A DNA stretch of 63,418 nucleotides, filler included, from Saprolegnia diclina VS20 (lineage: Eukaryota): the NCBI RefSeq assembly GCF_000281045.1. It is 11 parts of 2 records of this genome, joined end to end, with 100 filler letters (N's around TTAATTAATTAA, not from the genome) between each part and the next. Parts side by side here need not be neighbours in the genome. Positions count along the whole stretch, not along the records: positions 1 to 16,594 come from NW_008246097.1; positions 16,695 to 35,998 come from NW_008246098.1; 9 more parts are not named here. One strand, 5' to 3'. The notes below the pieces were generated by a model. That model did not search any database. It saw nothing but the letters and a program-made list of their open reading frames with translations, and was not told the DNA's origin. The position numbers and the translations under genes are program-made. Every line of letters begins with the position of its first letter. Positions within the stretch are counted from its first letter, which is position 1. Below are positions 11,720 to 23,562 of the stretch, one piece after another.

Positions 11720-11917
11720 CGCTCTCTCTGTCGGTCGCGACTATACACTATTTCACTCGTGTCGAGGTCGCCTTGAACTTCACACTATTTCACGTAGAAA
11801 GGCCCGACTCTAAATATAAACATCCCATACATTGTATGCGATATAATAAAATATGCCAATAAAACGATCGCGCCGGCTCGTTTCAGTTCGAAACCGTTCG
11901 ACCTATTGTTCCTGCGG

Positions 11918-14900
11918 ATGATGGAGTCCAAGGTCTCGGCAACGCGGCTGCCGTCGGCGCGGACGCTGGCCGCCGAGGACCCGCGTGGCGAGGCCGCGCT
12001 CAAGCAGCTGCGCAAGCTCTTCGAGGACGACAACTTCTCCATGGACGACGTGGCGCTGCACTTTCTATCGCTGTACTTCATGCGCCTCTCGACGAACGCG
12101 GTCATCCACGAGGTCGAGTCGCTCTTTGCCGAGCACTATGCAACGCTGCAGCACAAGTTGCACATTCGGGGCATCTGGGCCTGGGTCATCTTTCTCTCTG
12201 GCACGGTCCTGTACGACTACCTTAGCCTCATCGAAGGCTACGGCAACATGTTTACGACCGACCTCATGAGCTCCAGCAACCCGAACGCCAAGCTAGCGTT
12301 CATCATAACGCTCGTGCTGCGCTTCGCGGTGGTCATTCCGCTGCTGTTGATCAACCTCTGGTCGGGCTACCGCGAGTCGTACAAGGTGCACATGCGCTAC
12401 ACGTGGGTCTCGCACATTGCGCTCGCGCTCTACCCGGTTGTCTACAACCTCCTTACGTTCGACTTTGGCGTCTCGTGGCTCTGCCTCGTCATCATGTACT
12501 TTTACAGCTTTACGCCCATTCGGTTCCTTCACGCAGCCCTCTTCAACATGCTCCTCCTTGGCATGTACGCCGCATTAGCCTACGGCGGCGTCCTCTCGTC
12601 CGACAAGATTGACACGTTCCAGCGCGAGTGGCTTTGGGCACTCCTCTTCTTTGCCCTCATCTCGTACCCGAGGTAGACGCCTCCTGCTTCTGGATGCATG
12701 CAGTGAACGTGTCATNNNNNNNNNNNNNNNNNNNNNNNNNNNNNNNNNNNNNNNNNNNNNNNNNNNNNNNNNNNNNNNNNNNNNNNNNNNNNNNNNNNNN
12801 NNNNNNNNNNNNNNNNNNNNNNNNNNNNNNNCCTTAGCTCGAGCAAGAAGAGCTTCGCTCCAAGTCCCTCCTCGGCAGTATGCTACCTGCTTCGGTCGTG
12901 AGCCAGCTCCAAGCCGGCCGAGAACTCATCGCTGACGAGTATGCGTCCGTGACCGTGCTCTTTTGCGAAGTCTGCGACTTCAACACGATTTCCGGTCAGC
13001 TCGACCCGGACCAGGTCGTCGAGCTGCTCAACACAATCTTTTCCAAGTTTGATGTGCTCGTCGACTACCACTCGGTGCACAAGATCGAGACGATCGGCGC
13101 CGTCTACATGGTCTCGGGCGGGTGTCCGGACCGCATGACCAACCACGCGGTCTTGATCGCCAACCTCGCGCTCGACATGATCGCGGCCATGCCCGACCTC
13201 CGCGCGCACATCCGCAAGACGTTCAAGTGGGCCAAGAACATTGGCGACATCAACATCCGCATCGGCATCAACACGGGCATCCTCATGGCCGGTGTCGTCG
13301 GCATCCGCAACCCGCGCTTCAAGGTACCTCTCGATCCCCACGTATCTCGACGTATCCACTGGTCGATAGCTCTTTGGCGACACGGTCAACGTATCGTCGC
13401 GCATGGAGAGCACCAACTTGCCGGGGCACATCCAGCTCACCGAGGCGACGCACGACGCGATCAAGCACGCGTACGTGACGGAGCACCGGGGCACGATTCC
13501 GGTCAAAGGCCGGGGCGACATGCAAACGTACTTTCTCCGCGGCCACCAAGAAGGCGTGCCCCGGCAAGCACAGCCTGTCATGATTTTAGCTCCCACAGTC
13601 GTCCTCACGAATCCATCGTCGATCGTCAATGCCAAGCCTGGTGCTGTCGCCCCGCTCGACCCCGCGGCGCCCCGAGGCAGCGTCGCCAAAATCCCGGATC
13701 TCTCCAAGCGCACCCTCAATGCTGTACACACTCACACCGCGCCGCTCCGTTCTCAGTTCTTATTCGCTGTGTAGATTGGGTACGGAGCGCCGCCGACCGA
13801 GGTCGAAGGCCGCACGGCCTTTATGAAGCTACTACGGAAAAAGTCTTCCTCGAGCTCGATGCTCATGACGTTGCCGCCGTCCAGAGACCTCGTGTCCGAG
13901 CACAAGCAGAACACGTTGCGCGAGTCCACCGCCGCATTTTACACGCCCGAGAACGTCGCTGCGCCGTCGGGTACGGACGCCACCGCGCTCATGGAACTGC
14001 CGGCCGACATGACGAAGCGCAACGTGTTCTTCTACATCAACACGGACAACACACTCGAGCTCATGTACCGCAAGGAGAACGAGAAGCGCTGGATGCGCTT
14101 CTTCCGCGCGTCGATTCTTCTGTGCATTCTCGTCAAGCCCGTACAAGCCATGTACTCGAGCGTCGCGCTGCTCAACGGCCGGCAGTTCCAAGCCGCCAAC
14201 ATCCTCTTCATCATCAACATTTGCTGCACGATGCCCGTCTGCTCGTGCTTCCTCCTCTTTACGTTCACCGAGACGTTTCTCAAGTACCGGCAACTGAGCT
14301 CAGTCGTTGTGCTCCTGCTCATCTCGGCGTTCTGGAACACGGAGCTCATCGCGATGCAGTCGCGCGGCTACGCCTACATCTCGACGCTTGTGTTGTACCA
14401 GTGCCACTTTAGCATGCTCGCGTTTGTCTTTCGGTTCATGGCCGCGCTCGTCATCCTCGTCATGTACCTTGTCGCCAACATTGCGCTCAGCAGCGCGATC
14501 GTGCCAGGCCAAACCGCGAGCGAGTCGTCCCGCGACATGCTCCTCCTCTGCCTCCGCAACGCATTTTACGTCATCATCTTTTTTGTGCCGCAAATTTGGG
14601 TCGTTTTTACGTGCGAATTCAAAGAGCGCGTCAACCATTTCCGGGATTTGGTCCTCAACGCGCAGCAAGTCAAATTGGTGGAAGAGCAAAACCGCGTCGA
14701 CAAGTTGCTTCGGAATCTTTTGCCCGAGAGCATTGTAAACCAGCTCAAAGCCAGTCCCGAAGTGACGGTACTTGGTGTCACGCGGTTTGGCTCCCACAAT
14801 TTGCGAATTGGTGTAGATTGCCGAGACGTTTGAGAACGTCACGATCCTCTTTACCGATATGGTCAACTTTACCGCGTATTCGTCGCGCGTGTCGGCCATG

Positions 14901-15564
14901 GAGGTACTACGATATACCGTCAAAAAACGATCGCAAGCGACGCGTAGCTCGTGCAATTCCTCAACGACATGTACACGCGCTTCGACACGATCTCGGAGAA
15001 GCGCGACCTGTACAAGGTCGAGATCATCGGCGACGCGTACTTTGTCGTCGGCGGCTGCCCCCTCGTCACCAACAACGACGCCATCATGATCCTCAACGCT
15101 GGTACCTCCTTCTCTTCGGACTCGCTTGTCTCATTGTCGTCTTATAGGTCTGGACATGCTCAACACTCTTCCCGTGCTGCGGCGCAACTCGTCCAACCCG
15201 AACCTCAACATTCGCATCGGGGTGCACTCGGGCCGCGTCGTCGCCGGCGTCGTGGGCATCAAGGACCCTCGCTACCACCTCTTTGGCGAGACGGTCGCGA
15301 TCGCGCAGAGTCTCGAGAGCTCGGGCGTCCCCGGCCGCATCCACCTCAGCGAGACAACGTACACGCGCATCAAGGTATAGTAGTCGGCACAAGGGCTAGG
15401 GTCTCTCAACCATTGTTGGCGGCTAGAACACGGACCCGAACGCGTTCAAGTTTGAGTACCACAAGATGCTCAACGTGTCGGGCCACAATACCAAGCTGCG
15501 CACGTACGCTGCTGGGTCGCTTCTGTTGTCTCTCATTTCGATGTCTAGGTATTTTGTCACGTGA
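11918..15564 (+). CDS. Transmembrane class III nucleotide cyclase (TM cluster-cyclase-TM cluster-cyclase), probably guanylyl; multi-exon, interrupted by an N gap at 12716-12831
   Basis: Domain 1: [47 protein letters not shown] (intron 13324-13369). Domain 2: [39 protein letters not shown]. Coiled-coil LL.NLLP.SIV linkers and two hydrophobic blocks. The last exon ends YFVT* at 15564. Confidence 0.88.
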
Positions 15565-15669
15565 GTAGTCGTATATAGATAGATAGCTCCCTAATTATAG
15601 TAATCCGAGACTGCATTCATTTAACGGCCATCCCCGCCATTTTCAAACCTCTGGGTCTTGAAGCGTCGC

Positions 15670-16594
15670 ATGTCGATCAAGCTCACGACGTCGCGGGCCG
15701 CCGGGGCGCTCGTCAACAGCCCGGTCGCCAACCGCGTGCACCCGGCTCCGCCCGAGTCGAGTCGCGCGAGCGTCCCGGTCGTGCGGCCGCCGTACAAGTC
15801 GGTGTTTCCGCTTGAGAACTTTGCGATGGACGACGTCGCGTTGCACTTTATCAGCCTCGCGTTCATTCGCATCTCGATCAACAAGGTCATGCTCGAGGTC
15901 GAAGCCGCCTTCTCCGAACACTACGCGGCCATCATGAAGAAGGTGCACATCCGCGGCATGCTGAGCATCATCGTCTTCCTCATCGGCACCATCGTCTACG
16001 ACTATGGCATTCTAGTCATGGGCGTTGGCACGAGCTTGACGTCCAACCAAACGATCTTCAAGAACGCGTACTCGATGACGGCGTTCTACGTCACGCTCGC
16101 GCTGCGCTTTGGCATCATCATCCCGCTCCTCGGGCTCAACGTGTGGGCCGCCACGCACGCAAGCCACAAGCGCTACATGCAAATTACGTGGGCCTCTCAC
16201 ATCTTCCTCGGGTCGTACCCGATCGTATACAACAAGCTCACGAGCGACTACGGCGTCTCGTGGTTCTGTCTCTTCATCATGTACTTCTACAACTGCACGC
16301 CGATTCCGTTCTTCCACATGCTCCTCTTCAACGCGACGCTGCAGGTCACGTACGCGGCCGTCGTGCTCACGGGCGCGTCGACCACGCCCGACGAGCAGGC
16401 CGAGAAGGCGGCCATTTTGCGCGAGTGGCTCTACGCGATCCTCTTCTACGTCCTCGTCTCGTTTCCAAGGTGCTACCTTCCAGATGAGGTCGACTGTAAC
16501 ATTGACCTCAAATTAGTCAATCGCGCGAGTTTGCGATTCGCGTGAGCTACATGAGCGAGACGATGCTGCTCTTTCAGCAAAACAAAGTACGCTC
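15670..16594 (+). CDS. Second transmembrane cyclase paralog, N-terminal membrane block only (truncated by assembly gap)
   Basis: Clearly homologous to the first cyclase N-terminus ([44 protein letters not shown]); donor site after FPR at the same position as in the first gene. Confidence 0.8.
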
Positions 16595-16694
16595 NNNNNN
16601 NNNNNNNNNNNNNNNNNNNNNNNNNNNNNNNNNNNNNNTTAATTAATTAANNNNNNNNNNNNNNNNNNNNNNNNNNNNNNNNNNNNNNNNNNNN
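16595..16694. other. Artificial contig linker N-run/TTAATTAATTAA/N-run (also at 36043, 37314, 39201, 42192, 43439, 57166, 58463, 60239, 62076)
   Basis: Identical 12-mer with stops in all six frames, embedded in ~100-nt N blocks ten times. Confidence 0.97.
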
Positions 16695-18324
16695 ATCCAA
16701 AGTACTAAGTATGTAGATAAAGTGTACAATAAAGATACCTAGTTCAAGCGGCGTAAAAAAAGGCCTTTACTCCGCCGCCGCGAAGAAGAAATAGCGGTTG
16801 TTGCTTTCGAGCACGTGCTGGAAACATACGGTGATCATTTAGGACTCGGCATCGCTAGCCGACGTTTTGTACGGCTTGACATACACGGAGAGGGGCCGAT
16901 ACCGATCCTCGGCGGTTGTGACGATGACAATTCTCTTGAGAATGGCTAACAAGTCTTCACAAGGGTGAGGATCTTGCTGCAAGCACGTATCTTGGCTTCG
17001 AAATTATCCAGCAGACGTTCGCATTCTAGCGGACGTTCGCATTTTTCGTTTTCCGTGTGACTTCGGAGAAATAAATCCAACAGTGTTGCTAAACAAGTCA
17101 CTATTCTAAGGCAGCAAAAGCCTCCAGTGTATCTCAAGCAATGCCCAGTCTGAGCTGTTCACTTCACGGCCTTGGCGCCGCCCCTAACCAAAAGCAATAA
17201 AAAAAAACAATCCCGCTGAGAAGGGCAAAACAAGAACCAAAAGACGCAGCAAAGATTTTTCCGTAAAAAATTTGCATGTACCCTCGACGCAAGAGCAAAT
17301 AATGATTTTTTCGCTGTATCTGGGGTCTCTGTATTCCAGGCTGTCCTGGACACTAAGTCTGGACAGCCTGTCACACGAACTAATTGTCGGCAAAGCGCAT
17401 GATGCGCGACACGCCCCACAAACGACGCCATTGCGTCAGACTTCGTTGCACTTTCTTGTCAAATATGAGCCATTCGACCTGCACGAGTTTCATTAGGAGC
17501 CATTCTACCGCGGAAAAGCTGACTTGTCGCGAGAATTATTGTCTTAGCCTTCACAATACGAACCGAATTCCAGTAAAAGTGTGTCGTGAACCGCTTTAGC
17601 CGATGCTGCGCCTATTTGCGGTATCAGTGTTTTAAAAAAATACTTCATTGAGCTCGAACTTTTGGAAATACGACGCGATTTTTAAACAGAAATATTAAAA
17701 TTTCTTTTCTGTCCAGGTACCTTAATTGCATTTCGCATAGTAAATTCTGAGCCACGAAGCTAGTCTTATATGGTTGGGGAAGGTGTGTACCCATTAAATT
17801 CCGCAAGCTATTTTAGCGCGCGGCCGCGCCGGTGGATGCAGCATGCACGAAGGTCAGAACAGCTCTGGTTAATGCAAGTTGCCAGTTCAGTGCAATTTCG
17901 TGACTTTTGATGTTCGATGAGCTTTTAATTTTTTGCAGAAGATTGAGCTAATAAGATTGCTGGATTCGACATGTTCATTATTCCATTGAGTTATGATGGC
18001 CAACATGGTGCTCCAGCATACTCGCCTCATCTAGTGTTGGTAGCGGAGGTTGCGAACCTGCGGGTGAGAAGCTCATTGCGATACGTAGCTGGACACATCG
18101 CTTGGTAGGTGAACCGTGGGCACATACTGCGTTTACGCCAAGATGACCAATTTGGCTGGCAAGAACGTTTGGTTAAGTATGCGATGCTTCCCATAATACT
18201 CGATATCGCGGTCCTTGTGAAGTGGTCGTACATCAAGACGATGTAGTTAACGCCTACGTGCGAGCTATCAATAAATATGAGAGGTATGCAACCCTCTCTC
18301 TAGCCTACTACAACAACCTCGGTG

Positions 18325-18650
18325 TCAAAATGCACTCTACGTTATCCCACCCTCCGGCCCAGTGCGGCATATGAACACAGTACCAAGTGTCTCCGCGGCT
18401 TCGGCTTCAAGCAGAGCACGTACGACCTGTGTCACCTCATCAAGCACACGCCAGTGCCCGTATTCACTCTTGCTCTACGCCATCGCGGCCTCCAACGACC
18501 GATCTCTTCCCTCACCTGAGTATCTTGTGGACGATGGTGAACGCGCCGTCGTCGACACCATGGCAGCCGACCGGCGATTGGTCACGCTTGCCGATCTCCA
18601 CCTGCGTCTATATTGACGACTTCGTGCTCGTCACACCATCGGTTGCCGCT
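18325..18650 (+). mobile_element. Ty1/Copia-type reverse transcriptase fragment (degenerate)
   Basis: LRGFGFKQSTYDLCHLIK resembles the Copia GF.QS..DPC motif; TCVYIDDFVLV resembles YVDD; the two are in different frames. Confidence 0.55.
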
Positions 18651-18654
18651 CGTC

Positions 18655-21250
18655 AATATTGAGGCCTATGCCGATCGCGTCACGACTAATGACTCGGCTC
18701 TCATGCAAGAGCAGCCGATGGTTGCCGAAAAAATCGAGACGCTCGCCATCGCGTGTCCCGAAAAGCTAGTATCAGAGTTGAGCGAAGCAATGGACCTCAA
18801 CGTCGGCATCCCACCGATCGAAGACAACGCTGACACTCTGAAGATGGTGCACTCGGCTGTCTTGCAGCCTCGTTCGCTGATGCGGTTGGGTATGGACCTC
18901 GCTGTTGCCGGTTTGCTTCAAATTTTGCAGCCCGAGGAGGATGGCGAGGGCAAGTGAGCTGAGCCCACCTGTCGACTGGTAGTGGCTGTATCGCGCACTG
19001 CGACGCCGCTCGCCGAGTTGGACGGAAACTACGAGCTTTTGATGGGCGTCTTTACTGCGCTTTTCATGCCCAGCAAAGGCACGTCAAATCGTTCGATCCC
19101 CTTGAAGTTTCTTCAGCGTCTTGCGGGCTTTCACAACGGTCCGATTCATAACCCGATGTGGATCGCGATAGTCTTTAACCAGAAGCAGCAGCACACGTGT
19201 GTCCGCAAGGCAGCTCACATCAGCACGAACAATACCACTGTGCTCGAGCGTTTCGGCGAGCTTACCAACGAGAGAGCCTTTTAGGAGCAAGTTCCGTGGG
19301 CTCGCGACAACCCCACAGATCCATGAGCCAAGACTATGCACTTCAAGATCTGCAAAACTCGCTTGAGAGTGGGCTTAACGGTCCCTTCTAGTCCTTTTTA
19401 GCGTCCACGGCTGCAATCTATGCGCTTTCAGTACGGCGTCCTTTCTCACTTCATCACATTGGCACCGCCCTAGTTTGAGGACTTGTGGGCGCTGCGCGAT
19501 CGCTTTATTGCGCAAGAAGCAATGGGCTGCTGACGTATAGTATCTACAACAGGATGGGACACTGGTATGGATCTCCCGCGCGAGCTTATGGTCGAGCCAG
19601 GCGGTGAAATCTCGATTGTCATCGCACTGTTATTTGTACCGGAATGCAAGCATCCTTGTCCAGGACGTCATTCTGTCCCAGATACTAAATTGACTCGCGT
19701 CAGCCACAACTATACACAGAGTGAGCGTGGAGAATATATCAGTCTCTGGATTCGACGCAATCGTGGAGCCGCAACCGGGGGCCGTTTGCACTCACTTACA
19801 CTCGACTCGTCGACAATGCCACCATCGTCGATCTCTCGCAATGCTGCGGTTGTCAAGCCTCTCTGCGATGCCTTGGCTGCACATCTTGCTAGCACATCAT
19901 GTACGGACGTACATGTACCTCCCGACAACACCATTGGATCCGCGAGCTCAAAGCGGCTGGCGCGCCATGCCACGAGCTGCCAACATTGAAACATCAACTG
20001 GCTCCGACTGCCATGCAATTGTACAAGCAGGCGAGCGTAAAGCCCTCCTCACAAGCACGTATGTCCACAACTTTGCATGTTAAAAGTCCAAGCGGGGCAA
20101 TCACATTTGTCTGCTTAACATGCACTCGACGTACACGAAGAGCCTAGTTGTCCGCTGCTCATTGCGTTCGTTACGTATCGCAACAAAAACGTTGCCAAGG
20201 GCGCCAAATGCGACCAGGACCAAGCGACCGGCGACCACCAAAAACAAGTCGCTCGATCCTTTCAGTGAGGGTTCTTGCGGCCGCATCTTGACGACCCCAA
20301 CCTTGTCGAGCTTCACCAGCCAAAGGAGTCTACAATGTACGTTTAAACAAGTATTGCAACTCCAAACATCCTTGAGTGTCCCAACTATTCGTCAGACACT
20401 ACTGAGATGCGTCGAGCTACGACGCTCTTGCTCGCGGCCATCGACAACATACAGGCTCACCCAAACCGCGCTGAGGACAGTGGCACCAAATTGCGCACGG
20501 GCAAACACCTTGCATCTCGCACCGTTAACACCTTCCGAGATGCTGCGCAATGGTCCATGCTATTGATGGCGCACGCTCTCTTGGGTAACACTTCTCACTT
20601 TACGAGCGACTCGTTACGATACGTCTTCGCGCACGAGTCATCAACACAAACACATACGAAGGGAGGCCATACTCCCTGAACATCGGCATTTGTACTATGA
20701 GGCAAATAGGAAACTAAAGCTAGCTGACTGCTGGAGCCCTGGCCACAGGCTCCTGTACAGTGCCATCCTAACGGTTTCTGGGTAGAACTATCTAGTGATA
20801 GATTGATACAAACACATCGCCTTGTCTCGACCTAGTAGCTCGAGAGCTGTGTGGATATGAATATCCAGTGCTCAACCACTGTATGAGGCATCTACTGCCA
20901 CAGAGCGTCGCTTACAAATAGCACTGCACAAATTCTACTTCCGACGAGCCGGCAAACGTGGCGCAGTCTGAACGCCCCGATACCAAAGCATTGATTGTCA
21001 TGGACGCGACCCTCGAAGCGCTGGCTGCAGAGATCGATTCCAACGAGAAGCTCGATGATTTTCTGGCGGTACAGCATCGTACGTCATTGGGGAGAAGAGC
21101 ATTTCCCCAGGCCGAGTCCTGCACTCGATTTCAAGTGCATTGTCGACTCTACGAAGGCGTCCTGCGTACTAAGACAATGACGGCAATTCTCGCTGGGCGA
21201 CAACCACCCGCGTACCAGGGCAACAAGCCAGGGCCACCGAACGACGACTA
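18655..21250 (+). mobile_element. Decayed Helitron Rep/Helitron_like_N region (pseudogene)
   Basis: Fragments in Helitron order: TPLAELDGNYELLMGVFTALFMPSKG; AIVFNQKQQH; RLQSMRFQYGVLSHFITLAP; IVEPQ/GRLHSL (frameshifted HUH-like motif); YVHNFAC*KSKRGNHIC; AEDSGTKLRTGKHLASRTVN...HALLGNTSHFTSDSLRYVF. Many stops and frameshifts. Confidence 0.62.
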
Positions 21251-22400
21251 TTGAGACGCCAGTGCAACGACAGAAGGCAAATGGTACGCGTCGAGTTTCA
21301 CATGGACAATGATGAAATCGGGTGCGTGGAGCAGGTCGATAACACTGTTGGATAGGCCGCGTCCGATTTCATCCAAAGCGGCGCTGTCGGGCTCCGTATC
21401 GATCCATGCCACCGAGGCGTAGCGGCACACTGTTTTCTTCGCGATGCCAAAAGCTACGTTGGGTTCTCGTTGCAAAGAATTTGGCCCGGCGCACCGAGCA
21501 CAAAGTGGTGAAAAAGCTCGGGGTAGACGTCAGGTCGGTGGAGCATGTGCGCGAGCGCCAGGGGGACCTCTTTTGGAAAGTTGCCGAAAGTCTTGCGAGA
21601 GCTCTTGAAAGGTTGCATTGCCCGCACCACGCATTTGCTGGCCAAAGTCAAATACACCGACGAGAATAGGCAATGCCCATGCGGGTGTCTAGTCGCTCGA
21701 CAATATACTGGAAGCAGCCATGACGCGGTACAAGTCGAGGCCGCCTCCCGCCTCGGGCAGTTGGACAACGTCACCACCGAGACGAGCCGATATACTTAGC
21801 ACCAAAGGCCTCGTGTCGGCTGTAAATCGATCGGAGTCGCTTGTCAAGAAGTACGAGATGTTGGCTCGACTTCTTCGATGCACAAATGCTTGAACTTGGA
21901 GCCACCCAATGACACTGCAATTGCTTCGATGTGCGGTCCAGCGAGCAAGGGAGGCATATGTACTTTGAAGATCTTGTGGCGCGTGTCGTCGCGTGGGATT
22001 TTGGTCGCTGTCACGACAGTCGGAGCTCAGTTGACTTGGACTTGGTTGTTGGCGTCGTCCTCACGCTGCAAGTGCTCGATAGCAAATGACTATCCTGTAC
22101 CGGCTGCTGCGTGCACAAATGCGAGCTTCTGTTCTTCATTGCCCATGAGATACTGTTCACGATTGCGCTGCGCCGTTTTGAGAGCACTTCGATCCAAGTG
22201 CGGCGATGTGAGCTGCGATTGAGCGTCGGCCACAGGTCCGTCACCACCTGCGTGAACTTCGGACACCGGCGTCGCAGCAGTGGCTTGATCGGGCATGCTG
22301 CGGATCGATTTGCATGTCTGGTGGCGAGCCAGTTCTGATTCATGAGAGTGCAAGTCGGACATCAAGCTGTGGAGTGCCAAGCAGTCTGCTCATAGCGTAG
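21250..22400 (-). mobile_element. Decayed PIF1-family helicase of a Helitron (pseudogene)
   Basis: Walker A LAFVHAAAGTG*SFAI (stop at the Lys position); APTVVTATKIPRDDTRHKIF (motif Ia/Ib); LDKRLRSI...AFG; LGGDVVQLPEAGGGLDLY (motif III); FDFGQQMRGAGNATFQELSQDFR (motif IV). Confidence 0.75.
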
Positions 22401-22939
22401 CATATGCAGCCATTGTTGCAATATCGCGTGATGTAGCGGCTTCCGTGATGTCACGCAGCTCCAATGATTCGAGACAACCCGCAGCTCCGTCGTCGTCGCC
22501 ATGCACACTTTGCTGACCAGCGCATCATGTTCGCGTGCGTCGATTAACGGCCAATTGTCGCTGCGTGCCTCTTTCTTTGGATTACAATCACAAGCGTCTG
22601 CAAGCAACGCTCATTGGTGACGACGGATACTGGCACTCGAGGAGCAACTTGCAGTCCGAGCTCGAATATGCGCACCGCACCGAAGCCTCCCTTGCAAAGG
22701 ACAATAGGAAGCGTGCTGCCAAGTCCAGCGGCGGGGTCCTGCCGGTCACGAAGCGTACTAAGACGCCACCAGCCAACACGAGCCTCAAAGCGATGGCCAA
22801 GCCGGCCCTGGGAAAAAAGAAGCCCAGATATTCCCTACAGCAAAGGCCAGGAATTCCCCGACAAGGTGTCCACAAGCAGATCTCTATGCGGCTATGTCCA
22901 GCAAACAGCCCAAACTCTCTTCGTCTCGATCTACATGAA

Positions 22940-23562
22940 AGTCTCCTCGTTCGGAGCCGTGCCCCAGCTCGCGAGTGCACTCGACCAAAATGGGGTTAGC
23001 CACTTGATGCCCGACCACGACGACGTTATTCACTTTGCCATTGTACATCGATTTTGCCCAACTTTGACGTCACTTGGTCATCGTTAGAGTCTAGGGACAT
23101 CGAAACAACCATCGAACGGTTCATGCAAGTGGCCATCGCGCACACGAGCAAAGGGATTGTTTTGATCTCGATGCGTCATTACGCCGTCTACAAGAGGAAG
23201 CCATGCGCATTCACAACGACACAAACGTCCACTGGCAGCTTCTTTGCTTCGTTCTGGTGGGCAGTTCTCGCGGGTGGGTCACTATCTTGGACTCGATGAG
23301 TACCAGCGGCAGGCTGGCTACGCGCGACTTGGAGTTCCTTACATTTGTTGATGACTTTGCCACTCTCGTTTTCAAAGATCCACCCATTAACAGCCATCTC
23401 CATTTGCAACACATCGTCTCGCGGGTACCTCAACAACCGAACGGCTATGACTGTGGCAAATTTGTCATTCTCGACACTATTTTCTGCGTGGCAAACATTG
23501 ATGCACTTTGCACCATCGATCTGGCGATGACACTCAACTTTCATGGGTCATCCAAGCCCTAG
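22940..23562 (+). pseudogene. Ulp1/SENP-like C48 cysteine protease, transposon-associated, frameshifted upstream
   Basis: NVHWQLLCF...VTILDSM...VPQQPNGYDCGKFVI carries the His, Asp and Gln/Cys catalytic motifs; upstream DDVIHF motif lies in another frame. Confidence 0.72.
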
